The notes beneath the pieces were generated by a model that saw only the letters and a program-made list of their open reading frames with translations, was not told the origin of the DNA and did no database searches. From positions 1-64,000 of IMG/VR virus record IMGVR_UViG_3300033145_000274: 64,000 nt of DNA. One strand, given 5' to 3'. Shown piece after piece: positions 10,801 to 19,396 of the stretch (position 1 is the first letter of the stretch; each line of letters opens with the position of its first letter). This DNA is from a virus. The position numbers and the translations under genes are program-made.

Positions 10801-13701
10801 GGCACCCCTACCCACATTAGGACTAACACCACCAGGAGAACCAGCAGCATATTTACGTACAGCGCCACCAGCGGCATAACCGCGCATGTTGTTGATAGCA
10901 TTGAGTTTAGTGTAGCCAACGCTTTGCGCAGCTTGACGGTTGACAACAAATTCTCCAGGAGTAAGCAAGGCAGGCACAGTGTCCGTAGCTCGACCACCGG
11001 CAGCAAATTTCTTACCACTACCCACGTCAATACTCTTCAGCGTAGACCCACCCGTATGTCGAATCATTTTACCAATTAAATTGGCGGGAAGAACAGATGT
11101 ACCGGTTTTGATTTCCAACGGTATAGCCTTGGAAATCCCAGCACCAAATAGCCCTTGAAAATTCTTGGCGCTACCTACCGACTGAATGTCAAACGCTGGC
11201 TCTTTATCGTTATTAGCAATTCGTGTGTGTGTGGCGGCACGTACATATGCTTCAAACAAATTGCCAATCGTACTTTTGAACCCAACCTTTGATACCAAAT
11301 TATCAAAAGGAATTGTCTTGAATTCATTAAGTCCCAATGCTTGTTGTGAAGCATTTTTCAACAAACCACCAATGGGTGTCACCACCTGATTTTGAAATGC
11401 TAATTGGGCACCCTTGGTAGCACTAAACATTTGTGGTGAGGAAGAAACACTCGCAATGTTAAAACGAGATGCTGGAAATCTACTTCTCACAATAGATGCA
11501 GCATCGGAACTTTCGTTTTCTAAACCAGTTATGGAAGTTGACTGACGCCGTGTTATGCCCGATACACCAGCATCGTTCAAAAATGCCACACCATGACGAC
11601 CACCCACATCAACAGCAATGTTTCTACGTGCTGCGACTGCGGCCATACTACGCTTATTTAATGCTCGAAACTGGGCTTGTTCTTTAGCTGTTCTGGCTTT
11701 GAATCCTGTTTTGGTCAATGCCGCCAAAGTACCACGTTCGGCTACCGTTAGGTCTTTTACACCACCCGGAGAACCATCAGCATATCTACGTGCATTCAAT
11801 CCACCCAGGGCACCAGCACCAACGGCATCTACGGCTCGTTTGCGCATTACAAACTCACCTGGCTGCAACATAGCTGGAACAGTATCACCGGTACCCAAAC
11901 CCGGAACTAGACCACCACTCGCAAAACCTTTTCTACCCTTGCTTCTACTACCACCCACACCCACAGACCTACTCAGCATTGTTTTATTCAGAGCGTTAAT
12001 AGATGCAATCAAGCTCACCATTGTAGTATCCAATTTACCCAATAGTGTATTGGTCGCCGCCATGTTGGAGGCACTGGTAGCAGTAGCCGCAGCATTCTTG
12101 GCTGTCTGGGCTGTGCTTTGGCTTACCACGGTAGTATTCTTGGTCTGAGCCTGGGTGTTGGCTTGAGTAGCAGCTTGGGTACCAGCACCCTGACCGATAG
12201 ACTTGAATCCACCAATAAACCCAGCACCAAATTGACGCGCTATAGAAGCACCCTTGAATAAGCCTATGGCGGTTATCAACGGAACCACTGGCTTGAGTTG
12301 TCGCAACACCTGTTCTAAACTCTTGGCAAAATTCAAAGCGAAGGTAGCCAAGTTCTTAAACGTATTACTACCCGCCACATCACGAAACAACACTGCATAT
12401 ATTTCATGCACTTTAGTAAGTTGAACGGCTAGGGATGCTTGGGCCAAACGTGCATCTTCTGCTACGCTGGTTGTACCAGACAGTGCGACACTTAGAGCTT
12501 TCTGCGATGTAGCAAATTGCTGAATCAAAGGGATAACCTTGGACACCTGACGAAAACCACCAAGTTCTTCAGTGATACGAGAGAACCGCACGTCTCGTGG
12601 GTCCAGTTGTTCAAGCGCAATGCTCAATCGTTTAACGGCCTCAAATGGCCCAACAAACTTACCAGCTTCTTGTAGCTCGATATTTAGGTCACGCAAGAAT
12701 TGAATTGTACGCGGACGTTGCAAACGAGTAAAGATAGTACGGAAACCAGTAGCGATAGAGTCGGCGCTTTCACGTGTGGTGGAACGCACGCTGGTGAACA
12801 ACGCAATCAACTCTTCAAGATTACCACCGGCAGCCCCGAATGCACCACCAGTACGACGAATAGCAGAAATGATGTCGGCGCTCTCAACCGCAAAGCTACC
12901 AGCCACGGCGTTCATGGCACCCAACTTGGCTTGTAGTTGGTCAGCCGCCAAACCAAACTGACGCATAGCAGCAATGGCACCTTCTGTGGTCTGAGTCATA
13001 TTGTCGAACGTGGGAGCCAAGTCTGTTCTAGCGATAGCCGCCATGGCAATCCTGGTTTCTTTAGCACTCAAACCCGCCTGAGCCAGGGTACGGCTTACTT
13101 GCACAAGTTCATTCGACGCCACACCAATAGAACTGCTCAACCGCCCGATTTCATTAGTCAATGCAGAAAGCGCCGTCGCACTCTTACCAGTAACCTGTTG
13201 AACACGAACCATTTCCCGCTCAAAGTCTATCGCCGCCCGCACACCCTGTTTGATATTAACAACCAAACCCACAAGGATACCAGCGGGGATACTGAACGCC
13301 AAGAATCGACGTACAGCTAAAGCAGAAATACGACCAAACTCTGCCATCTCGGTTGCTGCCACTTTAGTCTCAGTCGCAACCTGCTTCATATTCTGAGATG
13401 CAGCCCGAGTATTCTTGGTAGCGCGAGCCGCCGAAACACCAGTAGCCTTCATACCAGTAGCTACCGTCCCCAAAGCTGCGGCAGCCGCATTGGCGTTATT
13501 GGTAACTTGCTGTAGTATGGTATTGGTCTGCGACAGGGAAGTATTGAAGTTCTTCAGAGCCGTATTAGCACCAGTTGGTACATTCAAGGCAATGTTTGCT
13601 TGAATGTTTTGTAACCGCGACTGAATGCGGTTGACAATCTGGGTAATGTTTTGCGGTCCCTGCAATTGCAAACGTGCAACAAGATTAAATGATTGAGCCA
13701 T
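4867..13701 (-). CDS. Tail tape measure protein (2944 aa) with repeated GG..DTVPA(M/L)LxPGEFV motifs
   Basis: TP901-type core (AAIDFEREMVRVQQVTGKS..ALTNEIGRLS..), Ala/Gly-rich helical sequence, position downstream of tail tube and chaperone genes. Confidence 0.93.
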   Translation of the reverse strand: MAQSFNLVARLQLQGPQNITQIVNRIQSRLQNIQANIALNVPTGANTALKNFNTSLSQTNTILQQVTNNANAAAAALGTVATGMKATGVSAARATKNTRAASQNMKQVATETKVAATEMAEFGRISALAVRRFLAFSIPAGILVGLVVNIKQGVRAAIDFEREMVRVQQVTGKSATALSALTNEIGRLSSSIGVASNELVQVSRTLAQAGLSAKETRIAMAAIARTDLAPTFDNMTQTTEGAIAAMRQFGLAADQLQAKLGAMNAVAGSFAVESADIISAIRRTGGAFGAAGGNLEELIALFTSVRSTTRESADSIATGFRTIFTRLQRPRTIQFLRDLNIELQEAGKFVGPFEAVKRLSIALEQLDPRDVRFSRITEELGGFRQVSKVIPLIQQFATSQKALSVALSGTTSVAEDARLAQASLAVQLTKVHEIYAVLFRDVAGSNTFKNLATFALNFAKSLEQVLRQLKPVVPLITAIGLFKGASIARQFGAGFIGGFKSIGQGAGTQAATQANTQAQTKNTTVVSQSTAQTAKNAAATATSASNMAATNTLLGKLDTTMVSLIASINALNKTMLSRSVGVGGSRSKGRKGFASGGLVPGLGTGDTVPAMLQPGEFVMRKRAVDAVGAGALGGLNARRYADGSPGGVKDLTVAERGTLAALTKTGFKARTAKEQAQFRALNKRSMAAVAARRNIAVDVGGRHGVAFLNDAGVSGITRRQSTSITGLENESSDAASIVRSRFPASRFNIASVSSSPQMFSATKGAQLAFQNQVVTPIGGLLKNASQQALGLNEFKTIPFDNLVSKVGFKSTIGNLFEAYVRAATHTRIANNDKEPAFDIQSVGSAKNFQGLFGAGISKAIPLEIKTGTSVLPANLIGKMIRHTGGSTLKSIDVGSGKKFAAGGRATDTVPALLTPGEFVVNRQAAQSVGYTKLNAINNMRGYAAGGAVRKYAAGSPGGVSPNVGRGAGTSLTSVFIISSMLQSFIEVDSTLGNLVSTLTQVVIGFEALRLAGGVLQGFVGTLKGLKMPGGGINPNVRALFGGSRVPISGTMGAMRNRVKGPFSSANVLSEQFTGLSAKVLGMGAAVVAVSAGLWYLSTQQEAAANETAKNAKSEKEMRKAAIQARTGKVLRSAAVGVGAGALAGGAIGALGGPIGIAIGAAIGGLGGVLIGAFGRMDARLKELRAISRAGMGARADERLAVDLPQLLSGRTGLAGSVEFGRVGKDIGTKLANIRSARTDGTEEEFLTNKRSMRALLPQFDELTSKLLAAGASIEDFTMANSTGANIVRSVAELRNQSSKAVLRGISDEIEARRHSIISAEEFSRSMSEANSSLRMMREFNASLVDASHRMVALSTHMGVLSDLAQGNVALGEFGGRPGFGDFARIGTSGIADQPQFLRALEQATGGVGGDDTFERLRDLTTMMGEIPGMLQQIAGEVSLDKDSAASLFADLASERFAGLIDSEQVINRVSGQLNAMVTASGESGGTGQFRRLASEDAQALFSKLGGKDLAKSFEEAEKSARIMQSMVKQLDSQVRSSIALELQVFKKRLQLEQQRFKDESTLARMRNTSGVPRSVAEITAQKGRTVSGILSGTGIAAGTSPFDTAAIGGRLREVNKQIAALNEERQSAKILNKELTGVTSQLRDLSVEGSKLRTALTALTDITEEAAQIQKTLNLLEENKKARFSLAERYTFGTREDRQKILQSIRDTVAVHAGDVDIDRLSGARRAGVLGMQNAFPNTPAAMFGIDPATGRLRTGQQGSARITTGRVGGIQVPDFAQPFFGPDLRAQMEGARPDKVNAEEEAQISLMSGLFNRRAEAEAQFLTNVEAQHTKLLQGLQSELTNLPARFAAEQARSKLRGAERAVASARIDVAHEKSMEKAARDAVSLIQASGGRDDLTLGGGGAAAKAFAESTETVQAIREGLSGQDTIRSLAGAFGGGGLRGAIAGFGTTPSADIGALTTSTRGIFKGLLEGRRGTDIGAGLQDFLNDLSDRGVTLNDDAIKNLVGQFDTERKRAFEVVDPLSGAISFKDKPSPITSNKLDAFMSKALGQFATDIQKPLDEMIDGLATAARQTASVVTTTIRTGRDEPLVKMGRALAELDVAVINKLPASVATLNERLKELDTILRGMPTLAAIDAGLVTVDAAGLALGGSIFKNQGTDTVPAMLTPGEFVVNRASTQKNMGLLHAINRGDNVGHSGGVMYAAGGGLSEEKRDELWELGMGDIREARLHKQHSPLFALHGVDSRITWGRNAQNPQYRLKYRRYQRQRWDNAGLDYDSPVHEAEQRRHIRDRQRNAAGEAIFGFGLEAASRIGGSVVGAGRAVSLAAQSVFHAASDVPIQLPPTEESLMAQLSPHEKTLYERRKKFRSDKLNARQQFEQRRAGATRTRPSNLERRNQRNAARALRIRERRGAVTPIERQAAGGSMTFAERLAGAQARVAQLQADGGDARSLAFAQGTVERLQKRQVASQAVKSKVRELRKNKFVLTDDNRDERIAAASKRRAEAASNTGGTIVRNISGPAFTAGETPFAARKPNRAPWARSDSPDGLSFREFLAKITRTKQAITFLEARGAKGNELDKKRAELATLGRTAEKWLNRGKTNKQLAAQSLFEQANIDIFKLRQFSAAQRRLAGTGITEEQIREDFGPGFKARSSKQNVLRDLVTRGQTGKTSAYDDTFRQRRPPRKFHTGGMVHGVGDQSAILQGGEYVVSRNAVQALAKGGVAKGYQEGGRVASGAGEGGTIEISLSSEAQSSMAGMSEALRGVATDIRQAFAEVPNQITNALSAFPAQLESSAQIINEASATFQAGAMTMQESVQTLPVEIAAALNESGAVLLTSTQSMGEAVTGLSTAAETLNQGVAQMAAMVTDIATAFESMRGAAMDIRDALAQEIQITVTHSHEPITVTVVGGETTTQNGDAFEEMVMNVVGPQIDALRDRIRETGFGIA

Positions 13702-13721
13702 GTGTCTCTACCCTATAAATG

Positions 13722-13780
13722 AAAAAAGGCCATACCATCAGCGTCGAGATTATGTATCTCGCCTCACCGACAGTATAGCC
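13722..13780 (-). terminator. Long hairpin plus U-tract between chaperone gene and TMP
   Basis: Minus strand GGCTATAC..GTATGGCC and CGAGAT/ATCTCG stems followed by T6. Confidence 0.6.
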
Positions 13781-13794
13781 CTATCCGCGTATCG

Positions 13795-14661
13795 TTAACC
13801 AGCAGGCTTTTCTTCTGCTGCCTCTGGTTGTGGTTCGTCTTTGGGGTCATCCAGTGGCTTACCAGCGTCATCCAGAAACGGCGCTTGCTCTACTGAATAA
13901 TTACCATCTTCATCAAGAGCATTGCCCTTAATATCAGTTAGATTACCCTTTTTATCAATGTAATGACCATCAGCATTGATAAGTCGCCCATCAGTATCAA
14001 TAAACTGCTTGTCTTTGTTAACTAAGCGAAGTTGTTCATCAACAAACTTCCAATGTAACAAAAACTTGTTTTCTGGCAAACCTGCTTCATGATTCTGGTC
14101 CAATTGAAACAACATAGATGCCAGTGTTTGCGCACCCATAAAGGCCGCTTCGTCCGAACTGTGCTCTAGGTAATCATCCATGCTACTGTAGACGGGTTCC
14201 CCCGACTCATTATACACCAAACAGCGCGACACCAGGGCATTAAAGCGAGCGTTTTCCGCCTGACCTTCTGCCGTGGTTATATCAAGCTCATTCTTCTTGG
14301 CAATCAATTCACGCAAATCATTACGTACAACTCGCATATCAATAGCCATTTTACGTGCCCTGGTCAGCTTAATACCACCCTTTTGGAGCTTCAACTCCAG
14401 GGCATTGAGCTTCTCCATTAACGCAGTTTGTTGAGCTTCTTTGTCATCATCCCACAAGCCTTGTTCGCGCATGTAGGTACCAACACGTTGTCTCAATAGA
14501 CCACCAGAACTCAAAGCAGCAGAAAACGCAGCATTGTAAACTTTCTGCGCCTCACGCCCGTCTTGAGGTTTAGGCTCAATAATAGCAAACTTGGTTACCT
14601 CACTCTTACCCTCATCATCCTTTTTTGTAACATCAAAGGTTTCCTTCTTACGTTCACTCAT
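13795..14661 (-). CDS. Probable tail assembly chaperone (288 aa)
   Basis: Start refined to MSERKKETF with AAGGAG SD; directly upstream of TMP; coiled-coil middle, acidic DxxG repeats at C-terminus. Confidence 0.6.
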   Translation of the reverse strand: MSERKKETFDVTKKDDEGKSEVTKFAIIEPKPQDGREAQKVYNAAFSAALSSGGLLRQRVGTYMREQGLWDDDKEAQQTALMEKLNALELKLQKGGIKLTRARKMAIDMRVVRNDLRELIAKKNELDITTAEGQAENARFNALVSRCLVYNESGEPVYSSMDDYLEHSSDEAAFMGAQTLASMLFQLDQNHEAGLPENKFLLHWKFVDEQLRLVNKDKQFIDTDGRLINADGHYIDKKGNLTDIKGNALDEDGNYSVEQAPFLDDAGKPLDDPKDEPQPEAAEEKPAG

Positions 14662-15052
14662 TTGGGTTCTCCTTATCACATGGCTCCACCACAAAATCAA
14701 TGTGGTGTCGATTCCACTTAACAGTCTGATTAGCAATCTCATTGCGCAACGCACGCAACTGTGTGTTTCCATTATTCAATACGTTTGTCCTGGCACGAAT
14801 CCATAACTCACGCATGTTTTGTTGTTCGGCAGTCAAATGGTCTTCGGAAGCTTCATGCCCCCATAGAAAACCAAATTCCTCCTCAAAGGCTGCCAATGCA
14901 CCAATAAAAGCTGTACGAACCTTCGTTGATACAATCTTATCAAGTCGGCGACGTGATTGTTCCAAGAAGCGTTCTTCACGCGCATGTTTCATTTTAGCGC
15001 TTAAAGCTTGCATCTGACCGTGACTCAACACGGATGGAATATCTTTTCCCAT
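14654..15052 (-). CDS. Hypothetical protein in tail module (132 aa)
   Basis: ORF tightly coupled to neighbours on coding strand. Confidence 0.75.
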   Translation of the reverse strand: MGKDIPSVLSHGQMQALSAKMKHAREERFLEQSRRRLDKIVSTKVRTAFIGALAAFEEEFGFLWGHEASEDHLTAEQQNMRELWIRARTNVLNNGNTQLRALRNEIANQTVKWNRHHIDFVVEPCDKENPNE

Positions 15053-15054
15053 AA

Positions 15055-16110
15055 CTATCTCCTTGTTTGTTTCATCCTGTCGCGAAACTGCTGAGCAGCT
15101 TGCGTAGAAATGGTCTGTTGTGAGTCAGGCATGTGTTGCTCTCCCACAACTTTACGTTTTTTCAAAGTGGCCATGCGCTGTCGTTTTATAAAGGCCATAC
15201 CCGGCTCATTCATAGCCTCAATACGCTTGGCATCGTCGGCAGTTTCAGCCGGTATATAAACTTCTTGCGCGCCTGGCTTACGCTTATCATCACCAGTACG
15301 TTCACGCTGTTCTTTCTCACGCTTTTTTTGTTCTAGGATAATCCATCCATCCAACAGGTCATCATCTGCGATAACCTCTTTAGGTGGCGGCTCGGTATGT
15401 TCACCGATATTATCGTAAAGCTTAGACCACGCAATAAGATTCTGTTGTTCTTCTGTAAGCCAGGTGGAGGGTACCCCAAACACACGTCCCTCTTGTCTAC
15501 CGCTCGACCATATCATACGCCATTTGCCGTACTGAGCCAATTGGCGCAAGGCTTGTTCACCAGGACGGTTACGCGAATACTCGTCCAAAATTTGTCGTAA
15601 CAACCAATCTGCTTGTACTTCCAGGTCTACCGCTTGATGTTGAGCGTCTTGTGTGTTGCGAGAAATCAAATACTGCAAGCATATGGTTTGTGCTAAGCCC
15701 GTCTGTGTATAAAAATCATATTGATGGCGTCTATGTGCCAAGGTATTATGACGCTTACGTAGCCGCGCCAACATACGACGCGCCTGTTCAACACGACGAC
15801 TTTGAAAATTGACGTACTTCTGATACATCTCCACCTTGAGTGCATCCAAACGCACTGGCGCAGAGTTCAAGTCATTCTCTTCTTCCATAGACCACAGACC
15901 ATTATCAATCATAATCTGTAGCATTTCCTCATCAGTTAATACTCCATGAAACGAACATTCATATAGCGTATCGGCATATATAAATGACGCTTCTAACTTA
16001 TGAGTAGGAGAGGGGGCACACACATAATATGGTGTGTTAATTATCAGACACCTGGTCGTCCCCGCCATTACCTGGTGGAGCAATAGGTCTTGATTCTGTT
16101 CGTTGGCCAT
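15055..16110 (-). CDS. Hypothetical protein, possible second tail chaperone (351 aa)
   Basis: GGAG SD; helical charged protein between tail tube and TMP. Confidence 0.7.
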   Translation of the reverse strand: MANEQNQDLLLHQVMAGTTRCLIINTPYYVCAPSPTHKLEASFIYADTLYECSFHGVLTDEEMLQIMIDNGLWSMEEENDLNSAPVRLDALKVEMYQKYVNFQSRRVEQARRMLARLRKRHNTLAHRRHQYDFYTQTGLAQTICLQYLISRNTQDAQHQAVDLEVQADWLLRQILDEYSRNRPGEQALRQLAQYGKWRMIWSSGRQEGRVFGVPSTWLTEEQQNLIAWSKLYDNIGEHTEPPPKEVIADDDLLDGWIILEQKKREKEQRERTGDDKRKPGAQEVYIPAETADDAKRIEAMNEPGMAFIKRQRMATLKKRKVVGEQHMPDSQQTISTQAAQQFRDRMKQTRR

Positions 16111-16441
16111 TCCTAATCTCCACTTCTCGTCGTAAAGTCGCCACCTGTCGTATAAGACTTTCGCGTTCGTTTACATTCCCCTGTATCTCTCCATGCAACT
16201 GTGCCATGCGCTTTTCATACTCTTCGGTCACCGCCGCAAATTGTTCTTCGCGGAGCTTCATATTATGGTGTGAATCCAGATAAAGACTTCCAACGATGGC
16301 GGCAATCTCATCGTAGGTCCAGCCTTTTTCACGTGGGAGTTGGTCAGCATCGACCGCTTGAATAGGAATAGCCGTAGGAGAATCTAGGCTATCGAGAGGA
16401 GGAGGGGTTGGGATTTGGTCTTGGGGTGTTCCTTGTAACAT
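16037..16441 (-). CDS. Coiled-coil hypothetical protein (134 aa)
   Basis: AGGAG SD, heptad-like C-terminal half. Confidence 0.7.
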   Translation of the reverse strand: MLQGTPQDQIPTPPPLDSLDSPTAIPIQAVDADQLPREKGWTYDEIAAIVGSLYLDSHHNMKLREEQFAAVTEEYEKRMAQLHGEIQGNVNERESLIRQVATLRREVEIRNGQRTESRPIAPPGNGGDDQVSDN

Positions 16442-16473
16442 TCTATATTACTCCTGTAAAAAATCCTATGAAG

Positions 16474-16508
16474 AAAAATAGCGGGCAGAAACTCCACCCG
16501 CTATTTTT
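16474..16508. terminator. Intrinsic terminator after tail tube gene
   Basis: AAAAATAGCGGG / CCCGCTATTTTT 12-bp inverted repeat. Confidence 0.8.
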
Positions 16509-16539
16509 TCATCGTCCAAATAAAAACTCATTGACTGAC

Positions 16540-17667
16540 TTACGGACGCAAGGCAACAATGGGGTCGCTGGGATGTTGAACATCAAAGTCATTGAAGTTA
16601 CTGTAACTGTATGTAACTTCCATATTGCCACCACCGGCATCACCACCGCTCACGCCAACACTTGACAACTTGTTCTTCGCACCACAATCTACAATCAAGC
16701 CTTCACACATGACAAGCTTGATAGTCTGGTCTGTAACGTTGTAGCGATTACCACAACTACCAACTCCAGTATCATAAATACCATCTTCGGTAGCGGAAAC
16801 CATATCACCAGATACACTGATGACTGTCAACTCATTAGTAACTTCAACGGGGAAGTTGATATAACGGTAATACGTTCCCTTACGACCTAGTTCAAACAAT
16901 TCCTCACGACCAAGGTCGGTGTTGACGTTCCAGCTTTGTATGTGTACGCCATAAACACCACCGGTTAAGGTATTCAAACCCGAATTGGAACCAGCAGTTA
17001 GATTTACACCAGGAATGTTTCTAGGCAATAGAGATACACTAGCACCACTACCAAAAATCACATCTTCACGACGGTTTACACCACCGGAACCAGTAATGGC
17101 CTTGGGGTCAGTAGCACCAGTAGACCATGGACCTGATATCCATGAAGCAGCAGTAAGGTCATATCCAGCAAAGCTACCGGTATCACCACCAATAACCCAT
17201 ACTTTGTTATTACCAACCAATGTACATGTTTCAGTAGCATTGCCATCTACACTAACTGAATAACCTACTGACGAGATATACAGGCCACTCATATGAACTT
17301 CGGCACCAAGGGAACTCTCGGCATAAACTTCAGTCTCTTCGTGAATACCAATGGCCATTTTACACATACCTGGAGCACGACCAGCTAGGGTAGACCCCGC
17401 AATGTCAGAGCCGGCATCATCATTCTGTGTTGCCATAAGATACACGGGCGCATAACCATCCAAAACCTTCTCGACCTGGATTTCAACATCAGGTACGCCT
17501 TCAATGTTCTCATAAATAGCAAGCTGACCAATCTCAAAAACCTGCTCCAAATTGAACGTAGTGGTTACACCCAACGTTTGAAGACCACGAATGGTCGCAT
17601 AGTTATTAGAGTCAATAGGAGCAATACCTGCTCGCTGGACAGCATAAAAAATTCGTTTATTAGCCAC
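16540..17667 (-). CDS. Major tail (tube) protein (375 aa)
   Basis: GTG start with AGGAG SD, own promoter and terminator; beta-rich, QSVGITTTFNLEQVFEIGQL-like N-terminus; position in tail module. Confidence 0.75.
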   Translation of the reverse strand: MANKRIFYAVQRAGIAPIDSNNYATIRGLQTLGVTTTFNLEQVFEIGQLAIYENIEGVPDVEIQVEKVLDGYAPVYLMATQNDDAGSDIAGSTLAGRAPGMCKMAIGIHEETEVYAESSLGAEVHMSGLYISSVGYSVSVDGNATETCTLVGNNKVWVIGGDTGSFAGYDLTAASWISGPWSTGATDPKAITGSGGVNRREDVIFGSGASVSLLPRNIPGVNLTAGSNSGLNTLTGGVYGVHIQSWNVNTDLGREELFELGRKGTYYRYINFPVEVTNELTVISVSGDMVSATEDGIYDTGVGSCGNRYNVTDQTIKLVMCEGLIVDCGAKNKLSSVGVSGGDAGGGNMEVTYSYSNFNDFDVQHPSDPIVALRP

Positions 17668-17708
17668 TTTTTCTCTCCTGATTCTCGCTATAAGGACTGG
17701 GCTACCAT

Positions 17709-17719
17709 ATTATACACCA
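17709..17719 (-). promoter_or_regulatory. Putative late promoter TGGTGTATAAT
   Basis: Intergenic, same motif upstream of protease and portal genes. Confidence 0.6.
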
Positions 17720-17732
17720 TAGTTATAAAAAC

Positions 17733-18716
17733 CTAGATGTTCTCGAAGATAGCCTCGCAAGTTAATCTCACTACACCACGATGCAACCAATTGTTAGTAG
17801 TTTGCATCACTTGACTTTGAGCATTTCGCAACATACAACTTGTCCATCGAAAACCACCGTCTCCAGTGGCAGCAACAATATCAGGATACTGCATTGGACT
17901 ACTCACAGGTCGTCCTTGTACATCAATATCCACAGGAAATTGTACGCTTTCTTTCATCAAATTTCTATCTGGCAACCATATCACTTTATCATTTTGGTTG
18001 CTAAGAATGTTAAGAAGTTTGTCGCGCTCGTCCTTACTTTCAGCCAGGACATACAATAGTACATCTTGAAACACAAACTGACCACCACCCAGTTGATAGG
18101 GATGGTAACCCTGACGTTGAGAAAGTTCTAGTCCGACAGTTGGCATCTGACGACGAGCCTCAGCCAACTGATTATGTGAGCCTGAACCCGCTACAAGGAA
18201 ATCAGACCTCGACACTTTTAATGACCCATATAATAGCTCTTGTAACCACGGCTCCTTAGAAAATGACAAGGTGGGAATGCGAAATGCATAATCACACCTG
18301 ACATTTGAAGTTGTAGCAACAGAATTCGTAAACACCACACGACCGCGAGGAAAGTCTATATAATGCTCATACGCACCCACTTCGGTTGCCGTTGGTTTGA
18401 AACTACCACCTACATACACTCCAGTACACAGTTGGGGTTGTACCGCATAACTAACGCCTGTCTCCCACACCCAATTCGACCTAATGCTTTCCCACACCTG
18501 ACCACTGGTAAAGTTAGGGTCAGTCACGGGTCGCAAAATAGCTGGATGACCTCCATAAAGCCCACTTGCCTGCGACTTCAGTACATTTTCAAAACCACCT
18601 ATTTGCAACATCGACCAGTTAGCCCATGCCAACAAACCATATTGTAGGTTATCATTATACCCATCCGCACGCCAATCGGTGACGCCCTTAAACCGCCTAT
18701 AAGCCTGTAGCGCCAT
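17733..18716 (-). CDS. Probable tail completion/terminator protein (327 aa)
   Basis: Synteny between neck genes and tail tube. Confidence 0.5.
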   Translation of the reverse strand: MALQAYRRFKGVTDWRADGYNDNLQYGLLAWANWSMLQIGGFENVLKSQASGLYGGHPAILRPVTDPNFTSGQVWESIRSNWVWETGVSYAVQPQLCTGVYVGGSFKPTATEVGAYEHYIDFPRGRVVFTNSVATTSNVRCDYAFRIPTLSFSKEPWLQELLYGSLKVSRSDFLVAGSGSHNQLAEARRQMPTVGLELSQRQGYHPYQLGGGQFVFQDVLLYVLAESKDERDKLLNILSNQNDKVIWLPDRNLMKESVQFPVDIDVQGRPVSSPMQYPDIVAATGDGGFRWTSCMLRNAQSQVMQTTNNWLHRGVVRLTCEAIFENI

Positions 18717-19396
18717 TAGAGTCTCCTTTTGACCTCAGCCATAAACATGTGCTCTATTTCTGGCACAGCCGCCAACACAGACTGAGTAGCATAATTATTT
18801 TCAGGCATACCAGCATAATCTGTTGGAACACCCCAACCGGCACCTCGGGTTTTTATCATCACGGTATTTGTACCAGTACGAGACATAGCCGTAGGTAATG
18901 TCACCGCCACATGACTAGCAACCAAAGTATCTACTCCCTTAGTAAGTAACCAATCTAACCAAGGTATAACATCACCCTTTTCGGTTGTATAACTAGCATA
19001 CACTTTATCTAACACATCAGAATAATCAGCCTGAATGGCTCTAATAGACACAATTGTACCAACTATCCGGTGGCCCATAATTCTCGGTCTGGACACCGTA
19101 ATATGCGTAGACTGTACCCAGGCCCGTACCAAGCTATCCATAGCAGATGCGCTATCAACCACACCAAGTTCAGCGCGCAGAATGCCATCCTGAGCTACCA
19201 TGGCATGATACGTTGGATGCGCTCTCAGAGCCTTCTCTAAAATTTGTTTAGCCCCACGACGCAATGATGTCTTAAACGCAACGCTGCCAAGTTTCTTAGT
19301 CAACTCAGCATACATAGCTCGTATAACTTTATCTTTGAATACACCTACTGTGGTAATCATCTTCAACCCAATAGGTATGATACCAACGTTAACCAC
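18716..19396 (-). CDS. Probable neck/tail-completion protein (226 aa)
   Basis: Synteny; basic N-terminus and IPWLDWLL motif. Confidence 0.5.
   Translation of the reverse strand: MVNVGIIPIGLKMITTVGVFKDKVIRAMYAELTKKLGSVAFKTSLRRGAKQILEKALRAHPTYHAMVAQDGILRAELGVVDSASAMDSLVRAWVQSTHITVSRPRIMGHRIVGTIVSIRAIQADYSDVLDKVYASYTTEKGDVIPWLDWLLTKGVDTLVASHVAVTLPTAMSRTGTNTVMIKTRGAGWGVPTDYAGMPENNYATQSVLAAVPEIEHMFMAEVKRRL

Noticed and set aside
13795-16441. Lambda G/GT-type programmed frameshift among tail chaperones
   Set aside because: Each ORF has its own SD or coupled start; no convincing slippery heptamer identified at the overlaps
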